From NCBI GenBank assembly GCA_965219095.1, contig CBDCMT010000001.1:2176001-2240000 (forward strand): a stretch of 64,000 nucleotides of DNA, written 5' to 3'. The notes below the pieces were generated by a model, which saw nothing but the letters and a program-made list of their open reading frames with translations, ran no database searches and was not told the DNA's origin. Of the stretch, positions 10,987-21,248 are shown in pieces. Each line of letters starts with the position of its first letter. The stretch's first letter is position 1. The stretch is from Bdellovibrionales bacterium. Its GTDB lineage: Bacteria > Bdellovibrionota > Bdellovibrionia > Bdellovibrionales > UBA1609. Position numbers and translations under genes: made by a program.

Positions 10987-12126
10987 TAGTGCTTCCGCTT
11001 AGGTTTTCAGTTTCCTAAGATAGAGAAGTTATCAGTTATCAAAGTTTCTAATTTAGATCTGTGTTTTCGTATTCCTCTAAAAAATTGACTTAAACTTCCC
11101 TTGAAATCGTCATAGTTTTCATAATATCGATTCGCCGTGACCTCTTTTTTCATAAACTTCCAAAGCCTTTCTATAGGATTTAAATTCGGTGAGTACGGAG
11201 GAAGATAAACAAGTTTTATATTCAACTCTTTCGCTAACTTCTTGACAGACTTCGATCTATTGTATCCGGCCCCATCTAAGATAAGATGAATCTCTTTTTC
11301 ATCGGAATACTTCTTAATGAATATGATAGAGCATATCACATATGGAAACATGGTTAACTGTCTTATAACTCCTGACTACCTTCTTCAAACTATTGATCTC
11401 AATAGCTCCACAAACATTCACTCTTTTTCTCCAGCCTGAATTGGTCTTCACTTCAAACTTCTTACCCTCTCTTATCCAACCATATGAAATCGTAGGGCCC
11501 CACTTAGGATGTGTGGAATCAGCAAAGTAAACAGGACCGTCTTTCTTCTTAATTCTCTTGTATTTACGCACAAACTTTTCCTGCTCTTCTTTCTTTACCT
11601 TACCCGGTATTGCTGTGGCTTTTTTATAAGAAAAACCAAGGCGATGGAGAAGATCAATTACACCACTTGTTGAGTACGTAACACCAAAATTCTCCTCAAT
11701 GAACTGAATAACGGTCTGTGATGATGGAAAAATTCTTTTCTCTAATTCCTTTAAAAGCATTTTCTCCTCTTTCGTTAGTTAAAAAGGACCTTTTAGGGTT
11801 GTAATTGTCGTTGATTAAGCACTCTATCCCGCCTTTGTTATAACGATCTCTACAGGCTCTTATCGTGCCCTCATCAAGGAAAAGAAAACGGGAAATATCT
11901 TTACACAACTCACCTTTATCTAAATGGAGAATTGTCATAATCCTTTTTCCGTACCTAAGATTTCTTTCTAAAGATAGTTCATAGAGTAAATCTTTTCGCT
12001 CTTTTTTTGATAGAAACCCTGACATATGAAACTATTTTTAAAAATAAATGACTTTTTATCAAGGCCTTAGAATAAAAACTAGACCTCAACTCAAAAAAAA
12101 CGGAAAACCTAAGCGGAAGCACTATA
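10985..12126 (-). mobile_element. IS630-family element, full length, frameshifted transposase
   Basis: TIRs TATAGTGCTTCCGCTTAGG / CCTAAGCGGAAGCACTATA; ORFs 11696-12025, 11314-11760, 11007-11351. Confidence 0.94.
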
Positions 12127-13212
12127 TACCTTCTCTGAAGAGTTTCGTACTCTTTTTGAGTCAGAACTCTTGACTCTTTTTTATGAACTAACTCCACAGT
12201 CTCTTTAAGAAGTTTTTTGAGATTTGTAGCCCATTTGAATCCATTGCTTTCTTCTATAAATTTAAGCTCTCTCAAAAGGTGAGCCACACACAAAGCATGA
12301 GTTATCTTATCATAACAAAAGTAAGGACTCCAACAATCATGCACAAGCACTCCTCCATATCTATCCAAGAGACCAATATCTTTTATGGCTTCCCTTCCAC
12401 CTGAAAGGTGGAGAAACTGCAAGACTAATTCTCCTGAACTATAAGTATGAATCCAGTAGTTTTTACCCTTAACCCTCATAGAGGTCTCATCAACATGAAT
12501 GACCTCTGATTCAAGTATCTTTTCTTTCATCTGCTCTTCCCAACTTTTAAGAAACTCTCCTAATTCAGCAATGTATCTCAACATAACTGCAGGAGAAATC
12601 ATTCGACCTATAAGCCCCATGTAATGTTCCCCAACACGTTGAAAAGACAGCATCTGAACTATAATGAAATTGATGATGGAAGCTCTAATGCCTATACCAT
12701 ACTGAAGAGGACCACTCATACCTTTAGGGAATTGACCTTTATTTCTAGCTCCACATGAGGGACAATCCTTAACCTCAGAAGTTACAGTATGGGTCTGAAT
12801 TTCATAAAAAATATGGCTCCTCCCGGGAACCCACAGATTCTTTTGAGGAGGCAAAAATATCAATCTTTTTACGCTTCTCAAGGCTTTTTACCTCTGCTGT
12901 CTTTAAAAACATCCCACACTGAGAACACTCTGAGGGAGAGACAGTCTCCTCACTGTTTGTATCTTTACTGTTATCAAGTCTAGAGCCCTTTTTTTGACTC
13001 CCACTAGCTTTCTTATTACGATTTCCTTGACGACTAAAATCTTGCGAAGGAGGAAGACCGCTGTTGCTGGAATTTTTTCGAACCTGTTTTTCTAAAAACA
13101 CAACAATCAGAATGTTCACAACCTTAAAGAGAGATTCAACAATCACAGAAATCTCAGTAGGCACAGAACCTTTCTTTGCAAACTTATCAAAGTCACTTCT
13201 TATATTTTCAAT
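12127..13212 (-). pseudogene. IS66-family transposase fragment, truncated at both ends and interrupted by a mini-ISL3
   Basis: KNSSNSGLPPS, CxxC..CxxC, IHVDET, VLVHD; near identical to 57371-58903. Confidence 0.92.
12815..12852 (+). mobile_element. 38-bp ISL3 ends-only derivative with 8-bp target duplication AAAAATAT
   Basis: GGCTCCTCCCGGGAA + CCCACAGATTCTTTTGAGGAGGC are the fused ends of ISL3 49288-50806. Confidence 0.93.
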
Positions 13213-13321
13213 TCTTTTGCCTCTAGTTTTTAGTTGAAGGAGTTATACACAGGTTTTAGGTTGTTTCTGTGGCCCCGGCCCATTTTACAAGTTTGCAAAA
13301 GTTGTTTAGCCTTTTTAAAGA

Positions 13322-15094
13322 ATGTTTGTAAAAGTAACATCAAAGTCTAAGGGTAAAAAAAGTGTACGGATTGTAGAGTCTGTTTGGCTTAAGGGGAAGT
13401 GTGTACAAAAGACCATTCGTTCTATGGGTATTTTTGCAAACGATAAGGAAGTTAAAAAAGCTAAGAAGTTAGCAGAAGAGTTGATCATAGACATTAAGAA
13501 TCAAAGAAATCCTGTGCTTCCAGGTTGTGAGAAGCTAGTTTATGGTAGAAGGCCTAAGGAGAAGAAGAAAGAGAAGAAAAAAAAGAGTGAGAAAGATTTC
13601 CAGTTTTCAGGCAGTATTTTAGAGGAGAAAAAGCGTGTTGTTTGTGGTATTGAGAAAGTTTTTAATGAGCTTTATGCTGAGTTAGGTTTTGTAAATTTGA
13701 TTGAGGGTACAAAGAAAGATTTAGAGTGGAATGATATTTTAAAGCACTGTGTTTTATCAAGAGTTTTTAATCCAGAATCAAAAAGAGGTAGTGTAGAAAC
13801 ACTTTTTGAAGATTTTAACCGACAGATTCCTTTAGAGAAAGTTTATAGGGCTATGGATCGTTTTTATCCTTTTATTGAGACCTCGAAGAAAAAGGTATCT
13901 GAGAACACCTTATCTTTGTTTAACAATGAGGTGGATGTTTTGCTTTATGATGTGACGACCTTGTATTTTGAGAGCTTCTCAGAGGATGAGATCGCAGGTT
14001 TGGTTTTAGTAAAGATTGTAAATTTAAAGAGACACAGGTTGTTTTGGCACTTATGACAAACTCACAAGGGCATCCTATAAGCTATGAACTTTTTCCGGGC
14101 AATACAAGTGAGGGGGCTACACTGGTAGAATCTATAAATAAGCTAAAGACTCGTTTTAATGTAAGAAGAGCTGTTTTAGTAGCTGATAGAGCTATGTTTG
14201 TAAGAAAGAATTTAGAGACTATGGATAAGATGGGGATAGAGTATGTTGTGGCTGCAAAGTTAAAATCCCTTTCTAGCAAGAAAAAAGAAGAGGTTTTAAG
14301 TTATAAAAACTATAAGCCCACCCAAGTGGCTTGTGATACGTCTCATCTTTTTTGGGTGAAAGAGCTAGAGCATGAAGGAAAAAGATTGATAGTCAGTTAT
14401 TCAAACAAAAGAGCCAAAAGAGATCAAAATCAAAGAGAGCGTTTGATCAATCGTTTGATGAAGAAAGTAAGAAACAAGGAGATTCCTGTGAGTCAGTTGA
14501 TCTCCAATCATGGAACCAAACGTTTTATTAAAGTTGACGATGTGAAAGTGACCATAGATGAGGAGAAAATGGAAAAAGAAGCTTTGTGGGACGGTCTTCA
14601 TGGAATTATAACAAATGTTCAAAACAAGACAGCCAGTGAGCTTTTAAGTCGTTACAGAAGTCTGTGGAGAATAGAAGAGGCTTTTAGAGTGAATAAGACG
14701 ACGTTAAAAATGAGGCCTGTTTATCATTGGAAAAAAAGAAGAATAGAAACTCACATTGCCATTTGTTTTTTAGCCTATGCGATCTCTTACACAATGGTTT
14801 ATAAACTCAAACAAGCAGGACTTAATTTAAGCTTTGAAAGAATGAGAAAGATCTTAAAAAGAGATCAGTACAGTATTTTAGAAGAAAAAAAGACGAAAAA
14901 ACTTTATCGCCTTCCCTCAGGTTGTACAAAGGAAGTAGAAGAAATTTATAGTGCTTTTTCGCTTAAAAGAAACTCTTCTATGAGCCTCATTCCCACAACA
15001 TCTGTCGACCTTTAAAAAACCCTTTCCTGTGGCCCCAAAAATTGTAACTATTTGAAATTATTCACTTGTTGCAGTGTGTTGTGTCGAAGTCAGG
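13322..15094 (+). mobile_element. Second IS1634-family element, transposase frameshifted near 13990, left end not seen
   Basis: LYDVTTLYFE, GFSKD in a shifted frame, VADRA, WRIEEAFR; right end GTGTCGAAGTCAGG. Confidence 0.9.
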
Positions 15095-15182
15095 AGAATA
15101 TTCGTGACCGTATGCAAAAAAAATTTTTTATATTTTTTGTAAATGGAGAAGTGTTTTTTCTTGACATACTTTTTGATAGACA
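15095..15182 (-). repeat. 88-bp transposon-end-like repeat (partner of 5849-5936)
   Basis: Reverse complement of 5849-5936. Confidence 0.85.
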
Positions 15183-15503
15183 TTTTTATGTTCAAATTTA
15201 AAATTTTAAAATTGACTTAAGGAAAAGCTTCAGTTAGGAGATTTTAAAAAAACTTCTTTTGAGGGGAGGTTTAAGTTTTCATAGACGTTTCTTGAATCGA
15301 TTTTCCTTCTTGCATATGATGCAAAGCCAATAGTTTTATCTTGATGTTGGCACTTCTTTCTACTTTGTAAGTAGCCAGAAAATCATACCCTTGAAGCTTT
15401 GTAACTAAATCTTTAAACACTCTAAAAATTTAACAGAGTTTGATTAAAAAGCCAGGGCGCTATGTGTTAAAAGAATGTCGAATTAATTTTTGGAAATGGT
15501 ATA
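15179..15503 (-). mobile_element. IS630-derived MITE (nearly complete copy)
   Basis: Ends TGTCGAATTAATTTTTGGAAATGGTATA; minus strand encodes the HTH relic KIKLLALHHMQEGKSIQE; related copies at 21249 and 24488. Confidence 0.8.
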
Positions 15504-16409
15504 AGAAAGATGATCGACTTAAAATTAATAAAATTGCGAACAATTTTAAGCTTAAAATAGAAATAAATAATAAAATAAACAATATTTTTGAATCTTTAGC
15601 ACAAACAATTTTCAAATCTTGGTTTGTTGATTTCGACCCCGTCTATGCCAAAAAGCTGGCATTCGACTCTGGTTTGTCAAAAAAACAAGCTGAACGTGTA
15701 GCTATAGCTATTATCTCTGGGATTTGTAACCCTAAAAAGTTTGTTGAAGATTTCAAGAAAATGGATCATCTTTTATCTCAAAAGCTATCAAAAATGAACA
15801 AGAAAAAACAAAAAGAACTAGCTTATATGGCTTCTTTATTTCCAGGTGAGTTTGAAGATAGTGATTTAGGAGAGATTCCCAAAGGGTTTAATGTTTGCAG
15901 GATAGATCAAATACTCGAATTAGCCTATGGGAAATCTTTAAAAAAATCAAATCGTGTAGAAGGATCTTATCCTGTTTATAATTCAGAAGGACGCAGTGGT
16001 GTTCATAATGTTTATTCTGTTAAGGGGCCTGGAATTATTTTGGGAAGAAAAGGAACTACTGATAGCCTGTATTGGGAGGATAATAATTTCTTTCCTGTAG
16101 ATACTACTTTTTTTATAAAACTTAGAAAATCATATAAACTTACTTTTATTTTTTATCTTATGCAAACTTTAGGGCTAGAAAAGATGAATACAAATGCCTT
16201 AACTTTAAATTTTAATAGAAACAATGTCTACAAACTTAAGTTTGTAGAGTTTCCTAGAGAAATAAGAATTGTATTATGAAAACTTAGTTGCTTCCATAAG
16301 AAATTTTATGTTTAATAATTTAAAAGAGGTTGAGGAAATAGAGAAGTTAAGAGACACACTTCTTCCGAGATTACTGGAAGGTAAGATAGGTTTATCAGAC
16401 ATACAGTGA
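15504..16409 (+). pseudogene. hsdS: Type I restriction-modification specificity subunit remnant (5' truncated by the MITE, frameshift near 16270)
   Basis: ESLAQTIFKSWFVDFDPV, SDLGEIPKG, LAYGKSLK, GPGIILGRKGT; out-of-frame tail LRDTLLPRLLEG. Confidence 0.85.
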
Positions 16410-16640
16410 TTAGTGATTGTAAGTTAAAAATTTATACGATTGACCAATAGAGAAAAGGATAAGCTTTAAGAGACAACACTCAATCGTTTTAATAAATTGT
16501 TATTCTAGAAGGCGTTAGAAAAGGGGGCTTTAGAAATTAACAGAACAGACATAAATGCCTATGATACATAGCAACGAATGAAGCTTCTTTGCAATTCTAT
16601 AGTAGACTAAAAGCAGTGTAAGTAAAAAGGAGGACAGATT

Positions 16641-17270
16641 ATGGTAAAGCAACATCTAGAAAAAATAAAACAAATAACTAAACATCAGTTTTTAGGACAA
16701 AGGCATTTAGATAAATTCTTAAAAACAAGACTTCAAAAATTCGATAAGACGCTACATAAAGTAGCTTTGCCCTTTTTAGAAAATCTTGCGGATTTTCTTC
16801 TATCTCTTAAAGATAGAGAAGACCAACCTATATTTGTTATAGTGAAAAAACTTAAAAACTTTCAAGGGGAACTTCCTAAATACGAAACACAAGGATCTAG
16901 CGGTCTTGATGTAAGAGCACAACTTGTAGAAGACATTTATCTTGAACCCCATGACAGAGTTTTGATTCCCACATGCCTTTGTGTAGAAATCCCTAAAAAT
17001 TACGAATTACAAATCCGCCCTCGTAGTGGCTTGTCTTTTAAAGAAGGTTTAGGTGTGATCAACAGTCCTGGCACAATTGATTCTGACTATAGAGGGGAGA
17101 TTAAAATCATTCTTATGAACTATTCAAATCATAAGATAACCATCACAAACCAACAAAGAATAGCTCAGTTTGTTTTATGTCCTGTGAAAAAGTTAGAATG
17201 GATTGAAGCTTATCATTTAAAAACCACTCAAAGAGGGGGTGGAGGATTTGGTAGTACAGGGAAGAATTAA
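16641..17270 (+). CDS. dut: dUTP diphosphatase with ~65-aa N-terminal extension
   Basis: GSSGLD, RPRSG, GTIDSDYRGE, RIAQ, RGGGGFGSTG; RBS AAGGAGG. Confidence 0.95.
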   Translation: MVKQHLEKIKQITKHQFLGQRHLDKFLKTRLQKFDKTLHKVALPFLENLADFLLSLKDREDQPIFVIVKKLKNFQGELPKYETQGSSGLDVRAQLVEDIYLEPHDRVLIPTCLCVEIPKNYELQIRPRSGLSFKEGLGVINSPGTIDSDYRGEIKIILMNYSNHKITITNQQRIAQFVLCPVKKLEWIEAYHLKTTQRGGGGFGSTGKN

Positions 17271-18153
17271 TCTTTTTATCTTTTTGGCGTTTTTTTATTT
17301 TCCTTTGACAGGCACTTCAGAAAAAAGACTTTCTTCTACGAGAATTCAATGGGCTTTAGTAAGTGTAGAAAAAGCTACTGTTTACAAATATGCTAATTTT
17401 GATTCCCCTGTGATTCATCATTTTAAATATAGCGAAAAAATTCTTATTACAATGAAACTTTATAAAGGAGTGGGAGGGTTTGGTACATTTTATAAAACAA
17501 AGCTTAAAAATAAAAAAATAGGTTATATTACTGATATTGAAGTCATCCCACAATACATCAGAGTAGGAGATCATTTAAGACCTAATAAAGAATTTCAAGA
17601 GTTTGGACTCAGAGAGAGGACAAAACATTTGGAGGATATTTACTTAAGTCGATATTTAGGTGTCTCTAGTAGCTGGGTGGGTTTAACAGAAAAATGGGGA
17701 AAAAAGTCATTTACAAAGTTTGTTTCTTTCTTTGGTTTTAGATTAACAGGGCCTAAATTTATTTCAGAACAATTCCCTTGGGATTTAGAAGTTTTGATCA
17801 ATCCTTTTTTGCCAAGCTACTATAAAGATATTCCCTTGAAAGACATTCAAACTGTAATAGATCATTCGGGGTTTCACCTTCAATCTTCACTGGTTTTTAA
17901 TATACCTCTTTCTCAAACCATTTTTCGCCTCATATATGCCGGCTTAGGACCTTGTTTTTTCTTTAGAAACATAGGGCTTGAAACCTCTAAAAACAAATCT
18001 TATCATCTTAAACATCTTCGTCTAGGTATGGTTCTACAGTTTGGTCTAGCCTACCGCCTTTCTGAAAATTACCTTATACGTGTGGAGGGACGCTATTATA
18101 TGGAAAAAGTCAGTTATGTTGCAACTAATTTGTCTTTTCAGAAACTTTTTTAA
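17239..18153 (+). CDS. Exported protein, SH3-like N-domain plus probable outer-membrane beta-barrel
   Basis: Signal-like start, ATVYKYANFDSPVI, C-terminal amphipathic strands ending in Phe; start uncertain. Confidence 0.6.
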   Translation: MEDLVVQGRINLFIFLAFFYFPLTGTSEKRLSSTRIQWALVSVEKATVYKYANFDSPVIHHFKYSEKILITMKLYKGVGGFGTFYKTKLKNKKIGYITDIEVIPQYIRVGDHLRPNKEFQEFGLRERTKHLEDIYLSRYLGVSSSWVGLTEKWGKKSFTKFVSFFGFRLTGPKFISEQFPWDLEVLINPFLPSYYKDIPLKDIQTVIDHSGFHLQSSLVFNIPLSQTIFRLIYAGLGPCFFFRNIGLETSKNKSYHLKHLRLGMVLQFGLAYRLSENYLIRVEGRYYMEKVSYVATNLSFQKLF

Positions 18154-20212
18154 GAGGCTTTTTTTCTAAAACTAAACCTTCTCTTTCTAAAAGAGCCCTT
18201 ATATCAGGCTCTCTTTTTCTAAATCTTTTATAAAGAGTTAAAGGATCTTCTGTATTGCCTCGGCTTAAAATAGAATCTCTAAACCTTTCAGCCACTTCCT
18301 TGTTGAAAATCCCCTCTTCTTGAAATATTTTATAAGCATCTGCATCTAAAACTTCAGCCCATTTATAGCCGTAGTATCCTGAATCATAGCCCCCAGAAAA
18401 TATATGAGCGAAATGGCAGGAAGAAGAAGATTTTTTCAAAGGAGCTAATAACTGAGCTTTTTTTGTTGCTTTAGCTTCAAAATCTTCTAAAAGTGAAATA
18501 TCAGGTAAATCAGAAAGGTTATGCCAAGCCATATCTAGGAACCCGAAAGAAAGTTGCCTTAAACAACGTATACCGGATTGAAACTGTAATTGACCTTTAA
18601 TTTTTGCAAACAAATCATCAGGCAAGGGTTTTGCTGTTTCATAATGTTCTGAGATAAGCTGTAAGCTTTCTTTTTCGTAAATCCAGTTTTCCATAATTTG
18701 AGAAGGAAGTTCTACAAAATCTATAAAAACAGCAGTGCCTGAAAGAGAACTCATTTTGCAATCAGACAAAATATCATGGAGGGCATGACCAAACTCATGA
18801 AAAAGGGTTCGCACATCATTTTGTGTAAGAAGACTAGGTTTACTCTTACTAGGTTTTGGAAAATTACAGCAAATCAGGGCATGACAAAAACTTCTCGTTC
18901 CTAAAAAATCACTTCCTTGTGGCTTAAAGCGAGTCTTCCAAGCTCCTTGTGATTTTGTATCTCTTGAAAATAAATCCAAATAAAGAAGCCCTCTATAATC
19001 ACCTTTACGATAAACTTCATAAACTTTCACAGTTTCTTCGTAGACAGGATAGTTTTTCGTTTTTTTGAATTCTAAATCATAAAGTCTCTTAGCATGTTCA
19101 AAAAGACCCTCTAAGCTCTTCTCTAAGGGGAAGTACTCTCTTAGTTTTTGAGTGTCTATATCAAATTTCTTTTTCATCAGTTTGTCTGAATAATAGTTTA
19201 AATCCCAATACTGAAAATCTTCAATGCCATCTTCTTTTAAAGCTAAGTCCTTTACCTCTTTGAGTTCTTTTAAAGCTTTAGGACGGTAGGCTTTTAGTAG
19301 ATTCTCCAAAAATGAGATCACTTTATGAGGAGATTTTGCCATACTTTTTTTGAGCTTATACTCAGAGTAATTTGAAAAACCTAAAAGCTTAGCTTTTTTT
19401 AATCTCAAATCAATGATTTTGAGTACAATTTCAGAATTGTCAAATTCATCCTTATAATTTCGACAGGATATAAGTTTAAAAAACTTTTTTCTTAGATCTC
19501 TTCTTTTGCAATAATATAGAAAAGGCACATAGCTTGCTCTTAAAGAAGTAAAAGCCCAACCTTCTTTTTTTTCCTTTTCTGCTAATTTTTTAGCTTCTAA
19601 AACACAGTCTTCAGGCAAGCCTTCTAGGGCTTTTTTATCAGTTAAATAAAAACGAAAACTTTCCTGAAACTTAATTAAGTTTTGAGAAAACTGGTTGCCT
19701 AAAAGTTCTATTTCCTCGTCTGTATCCATAAGTTTTTTACGATTTTCTTCTGAAAGCAGAGTTCCCTCGAGAACTAATCTCTCATAGAGTAAATCTAAGT
19801 AGCGAAGCTCTTCATGGTTTAAGGAGTTCCTTTCCATCTCATTTTTATAAACAGTTTCTATTTTTCTAAAAAACTGGGGATTCTTGTTCATCGCAGAGAA
19901 GGTTTTTTCCAAAAGAGGGCTGAAGGTTAGCATGGTTTCAGAAAGATCAGAAGAGTGAACAGCTGAGTGCAATTGATAGGAAACACTAACAATTGTATCA
20001 AAAGAATGGAAGATCTGATTGTAAGGTTTAATGGTGTTTTCATAATTAGGCTGTTTTTCGTGTTCTATAATTTTTGCAAATTTTACTTGAGCCTCCTTGC
20101 ACAACTGCTCAAGGGCAGGCATAAAGTGTTCTGCTTTAATCTTATCAAAACGCACAGCACCTTTTTTCAGGTTTGAGGGTATGAGTAAGGGATTTTCTTC
20201 TAAACTAGACAT
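18125..20212 (-). CDS. M3A-family zinc metallopeptidase, canonical copy B
   Basis: HEFGH, DFVELPSQ, RQLSFG, FAHIFSGGY..GYYGYKWAEVLDADA. Confidence 0.95.
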   Translation of the reverse strand: MSSLEENPLLIPSNLKKGAVRFDKIKAEHFMPALEQLCKEAQVKFAKIIEHEKQPNYENTIKPYNQIFHSFDTIVSVSYQLHSAVHSSDLSETMLTFSPLLEKTFSAMNKNPQFFRKIETVYKNEMERNSLNHEELRYLDLLYERLVLEGTLLSEENRKKLMDTDEEIELLGNQFSQNLIKFQESFRFYLTDKKALEGLPEDCVLEAKKLAEKEKKEGWAFTSLRASYVPFLYYCKRRDLRKKFFKLISCRNYKDEFDNSEIVLKIIDLRLKKAKLLGFSNYSEYKLKKSMAKSPHKVISFLENLLKAYRPKALKELKEVKDLALKEDGIEDFQYWDLNYYSDKLMKKKFDIDTQKLREYFPLEKSLEGLFEHAKRLYDLEFKKTKNYPVYEETVKVYEVYRKGDYRGLLYLDLFSRDTKSQGAWKTRFKPQGSDFLGTRSFCHALICCNFPKPSKSKPSLLTQNDVRTLFHEFGHALHDILSDCKMSSLSGTAVFIDFVELPSQIMENWIYEKESLQLISEHYETAKPLPDDLFAKIKGQLQFQSGIRCLRQLSFGFLDMAWHNLSDLPDISLLEDFEAKATKKAQLLAPLKKSSSSCHFAHIFSGGYDSGYYGYKWAEVLDADAYKIFQEEGIFNKEVAERFRDSILSRGNTEDPLTLYKRFRKREPDIRALLEREGLVLEKKPLKKVSEKTN

Positions 20213-20288
20213 AGGTATTGTGCGTAAGTCTAAAAAAGGACTGCCTATAAGTCAATAAAAAAAAATCTATACAATATAAAAAATCCTT

Positions 20289-21176
20289 GTGTATGATCTT
20301 TGTGTGTCATTTTTATGTGTAAGCCTATTCCTAGTTCTTTTATTTCTTACCTTCCTGGTACTCTGGCTACCTTTCTATTTATCTCTTATGCTCTTTTCCG
20401 AAAACCTCCTGTGGGCTGTGCCTTTAGCTTTTGTTATGTCTCCTTTTTTCTTACTGGCCTTTTATGGGGTTTTAAATTATCTTATTAAAAAACCTTCTCC
20501 AGGAGAATATGATAATTTCAATTCTCTTCTTATGCTTCAATGGGGTTTGAAAAGAAATCTTTACGGAGTTTATGCTTTATTCTTCCAAAAACTTTTTTTT
20601 ATTTCAGATCCTATCCGTTTTCTTATTTTACGCACCTTTCAAGCTAAAATCCACCCTAGTTCATGGATTACATCCAGTGTAAAAATTTTTGAGCCTTATT
20701 TTGTCTCTATTGGAAAAGAAAGCCTTATTGGAGAAGATGCTATTCTTGCCACAACCCTATTTCCTAAAACAAAAACTCTTATGACTTATCCTATAACCAT
20801 TGGGGATTATGTTCTCATAGGAGGTTTTGCTGGCTTAGGGCCTGGGGTTCATATTGAAAATCACTGCTTCATACAACAAAGAGCCCAAATCTATGCAGGA
20901 GTTCATGTTAAAAAAAACTCCCTCATTGGTTATCAAGCTATAATTGGAAAAAATACTAAAGTGGGAGAAAACGTAAAAATAGGAAAATTTTGTTTTATCG
21001 GAAATGAGTTAAACATACCAGATCATACAAAGATACCTGAAAATGCTGTCATAAAAACACAAAAAGACTTAAATCAATTTCTAAAAAAAAAGCATGAGAC
21101 TACATCAGATATTCAAAAAGGCGTAACTACCAACTCTCATTACTCTAGCCCACAGCTTAAAGATCAGTTATTCTGA
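20289..21176 (+). CDS. Membrane-anchored hexapeptide-repeat acyltransferase, copy B
   Basis: N-terminal TM segments plus LbH repeats; divergent from the M3 peptidase. Confidence 0.78.
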   Translation: MYDLCVSFLCVSLFLVLLFLTFLVLWLPFYLSLMLFSENLLWAVPLAFVMSPFFLLAFYGVLNYLIKKPSPGEYDNFNSLLMLQWGLKRNLYGVYALFFQKLFFISDPIRFLILRTFQAKIHPSSWITSSVKIFEPYFVSIGKESLIGEDAILATTLFPKTKTLMTYPITIGDYVLIGGFAGLGPGVHIENHCFIQQRAQIYAGVHVKKNSLIGYQAIIGKNTKVGENVKIGKFCFIGNELNIPDHTKIPENAVIKTQKDLNQFLKKKHETTSDIQKGVTTNSHYSSPQLKDQLF

Positions 21177-21248
21177 TGAAGGTCTTGCTCTTATGGGTTT
21201 TCCCGACTTCAGCGTTTTCTTTCCAAGAATCTAATAATTTCAAGTAGT

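Noticed and set aside
8837..20212. M3 peptidase pair as a diversity-generating retroelement template/variable pair
   Set aside because: Differences involve all bases, include synonymous changes and indels over ~2 kb, and no reverse transcriptase is present in the window
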